Below, piece after piece: positions 62,257 to 64,000 of a stretch of 64,000 bases of DNA. Source of the stretch: Octopus bimaculoides (Eukaryota); assembly GCF_001194135.2 (NCBI RefSeq), contig NC_068991.1, positions 26,839,647 to 26,903,646 of the forward strand, in the 5' to 3' direction. Numbering within the stretch: position 1 is the first letter of the stretch; the number at the start of each line of letters is the position of its first letter. The translations under genes and the position numbers were made by a program. A model generated the notes under the pieces. The model ran no database searches and was not told the origin of the DNA. It saw only the letters and a list, made by a program, of their open reading frames with translations.

Positions 62257-64000
62257 GTGTTATTTTGCCCGTCGTTACTTTCTGAGTTCAAATTCTGTTG
62301 GATCCTCATTTATTTAGTGACCCACAGTATCTATTGCGTTATGTGTTTATAAATGCGCTATTGTAGATTCATGTCATATGCCTATATGGGGTGGGTGTGC
62401 ATTTGATTGATAATTGAAATCCCTAACAATAGGGATTTTGCAAGTATCAATTTACTTGCAGTTTGCAAAGAAATTATACGGGCATCTGCATAGGAATTGA
62501 AGCAACTGGAATATATAGAAGCAATCGGAATATAGAGCTCGAAAGTAATAATATTCATAAATATTCATGAACTGGTACGTGGCTTTTCACTGCCTGTTCA
62601 TCAAAAGTAATCTCACAATAAAATACTAGAGTGTCACAAAATATAAGTGACGCATTCTCTACTTGGAACACATATATAATATTTGATGATGTACTGTTCC
62701 GTGCATATACGTGCGCAAATATATATAGGCGTATATATGTCTGTGTATGTGTCTGTGTGCATGTATATATATATATATATATATATAATTTTGATAGCAT
62801 AATATATATTAAGTAAGATTTAGTAAACTGTGGTAAGACATGGAGTTTATTACCATGTTAGTAACTATCAAGTGATTTAACTTGCAATCTTTTAATTGTT
62901 TGGCGGTTTTGTACTTTTGCCCTCTCGTATGTCTAAGAGGCAGAAAACACTCAGGAACGTGTAGACTTCACTTGGTCGTCTAGTATTACTACCACTTGGT
63001 AATATGCTGGCTATATAAGATTTTGCATTACATTTTGAAGGTAATTTCCACTAGCATTCACCTTTCGATCAGTAGTCTCCCTTTAACTGTAAAATAGTTG
63101 ATAGCCGTATTGGCTGCTAGTACTTATGTTATTTCTATTCTTTATTATTATTTTTTTCTTATGATGAGATGGTGTAGAAGGTTGACATAGTTTTCTCTCC
63201 TACACCTTTTTTATTTACTAGTCCATCTTTTCTTTTTTACTTCTTTATTTACCCCTCTAACGGTCTTAACTTGCCCTTGGTTCAAATATAACTGACCAAT
63301 TGCAGGACTTTGGTCAATTCCATTACGGACAACAGGTCTTTGGTCTCTATAATATTCAGTAAGTACACGATTAAAAAAAAAAACCTACGAGTTTGGTTCT
63401 GGATAAATATTAATCATAAGCATTATGCATTTTCTAGACATATTGATGAATCCTGTTTTACTTTAGCACTAGATTTATCCTACAACTATATATACACATT
63501 GGTACCCCTACATAAAGGGATAACCAATAAATTATTTGCCTAACTCATTTACTAGTTCACTCTTTTGCCTATCGACATCAGGCTTCTCACTGTAAAATGG
63601 TATGATCCTAATATATTTAGCCTTCTGGCCGCTTCTCGAAGCCCTGTTCGTATTCAAACCGCTAACTCTGCTATATATGTGTCTGTTTGTGTGTGTGTTT
63701 ACATATATATATTTATAAATAGTCATACATATATATTTATAAAGAATGGATCAAATAGAGAGATTCAGCTGACAATCCAATAATTTATTTATATTACAAT
63801 ATATCATAAAATACTATGGGTATCATATAACATAAACATCATTAAAAAATAAGTTTAAACAAATTGTTGGCTGTTTTGATTGTAATGATTTTTTAAAAGT
63901 TATATTATTATTATATCCATAGTATATTATGTTATAATATAAATAAATTATTGGATTGCCGATTGAATCTCCCTATTTACTTTATTGTTTATAATTTGCA

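Noticed and set aside
63030-63600. Candidate upstream exons for exon A (25 nt near 63060; SEKPDVDRQKSEL near 63580)
   Set aside because: Neither offers a phase 1 donor compatible with exon A.

Overview
AT-rich eukaryotic genomic DNA from a gappy short-read scaffold, with 13 N-runs and very many di- and trinucleotide microsatellites. The repeat content (abundant tRNA-derived SINEs, RTE and R4/Dong-type LINE fragments, Penelope-like elements, Tc1/mariner relics) is what I would expect of an octopus/coleoid cephalopod genome; the organism is my inference. There is no intact long ORF, rRNA, CRISPR array or prokaryotic system. Most ORF-track entries are N-gap or microsatellite artefacts or decayed transposon ORFs. 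The best host-gene signal is a GC3-rich 123-nt minus-strand exon at 60519-60641, whose protein I cannot name. Several weaker minus-strand exon candidates lie 37-52 kb downstream (23.1, 19.4, 17.8, 8.9, 8.2 kb), so most of the window may be intron of one large gene with alternative 3' ends. The items most worth a second look are that exon and its possible alternative C-termini, atypical minimal hammerhead-like motifs in Penelope-type termini, a homeodomain helix-3-like motif behind a splice acceptor, R4/Dong copies nested in (TAA)n arrays, and several long fold-back structures. I found no clearly novel biological system. Repeat boundaries are approximate and were read by eye.
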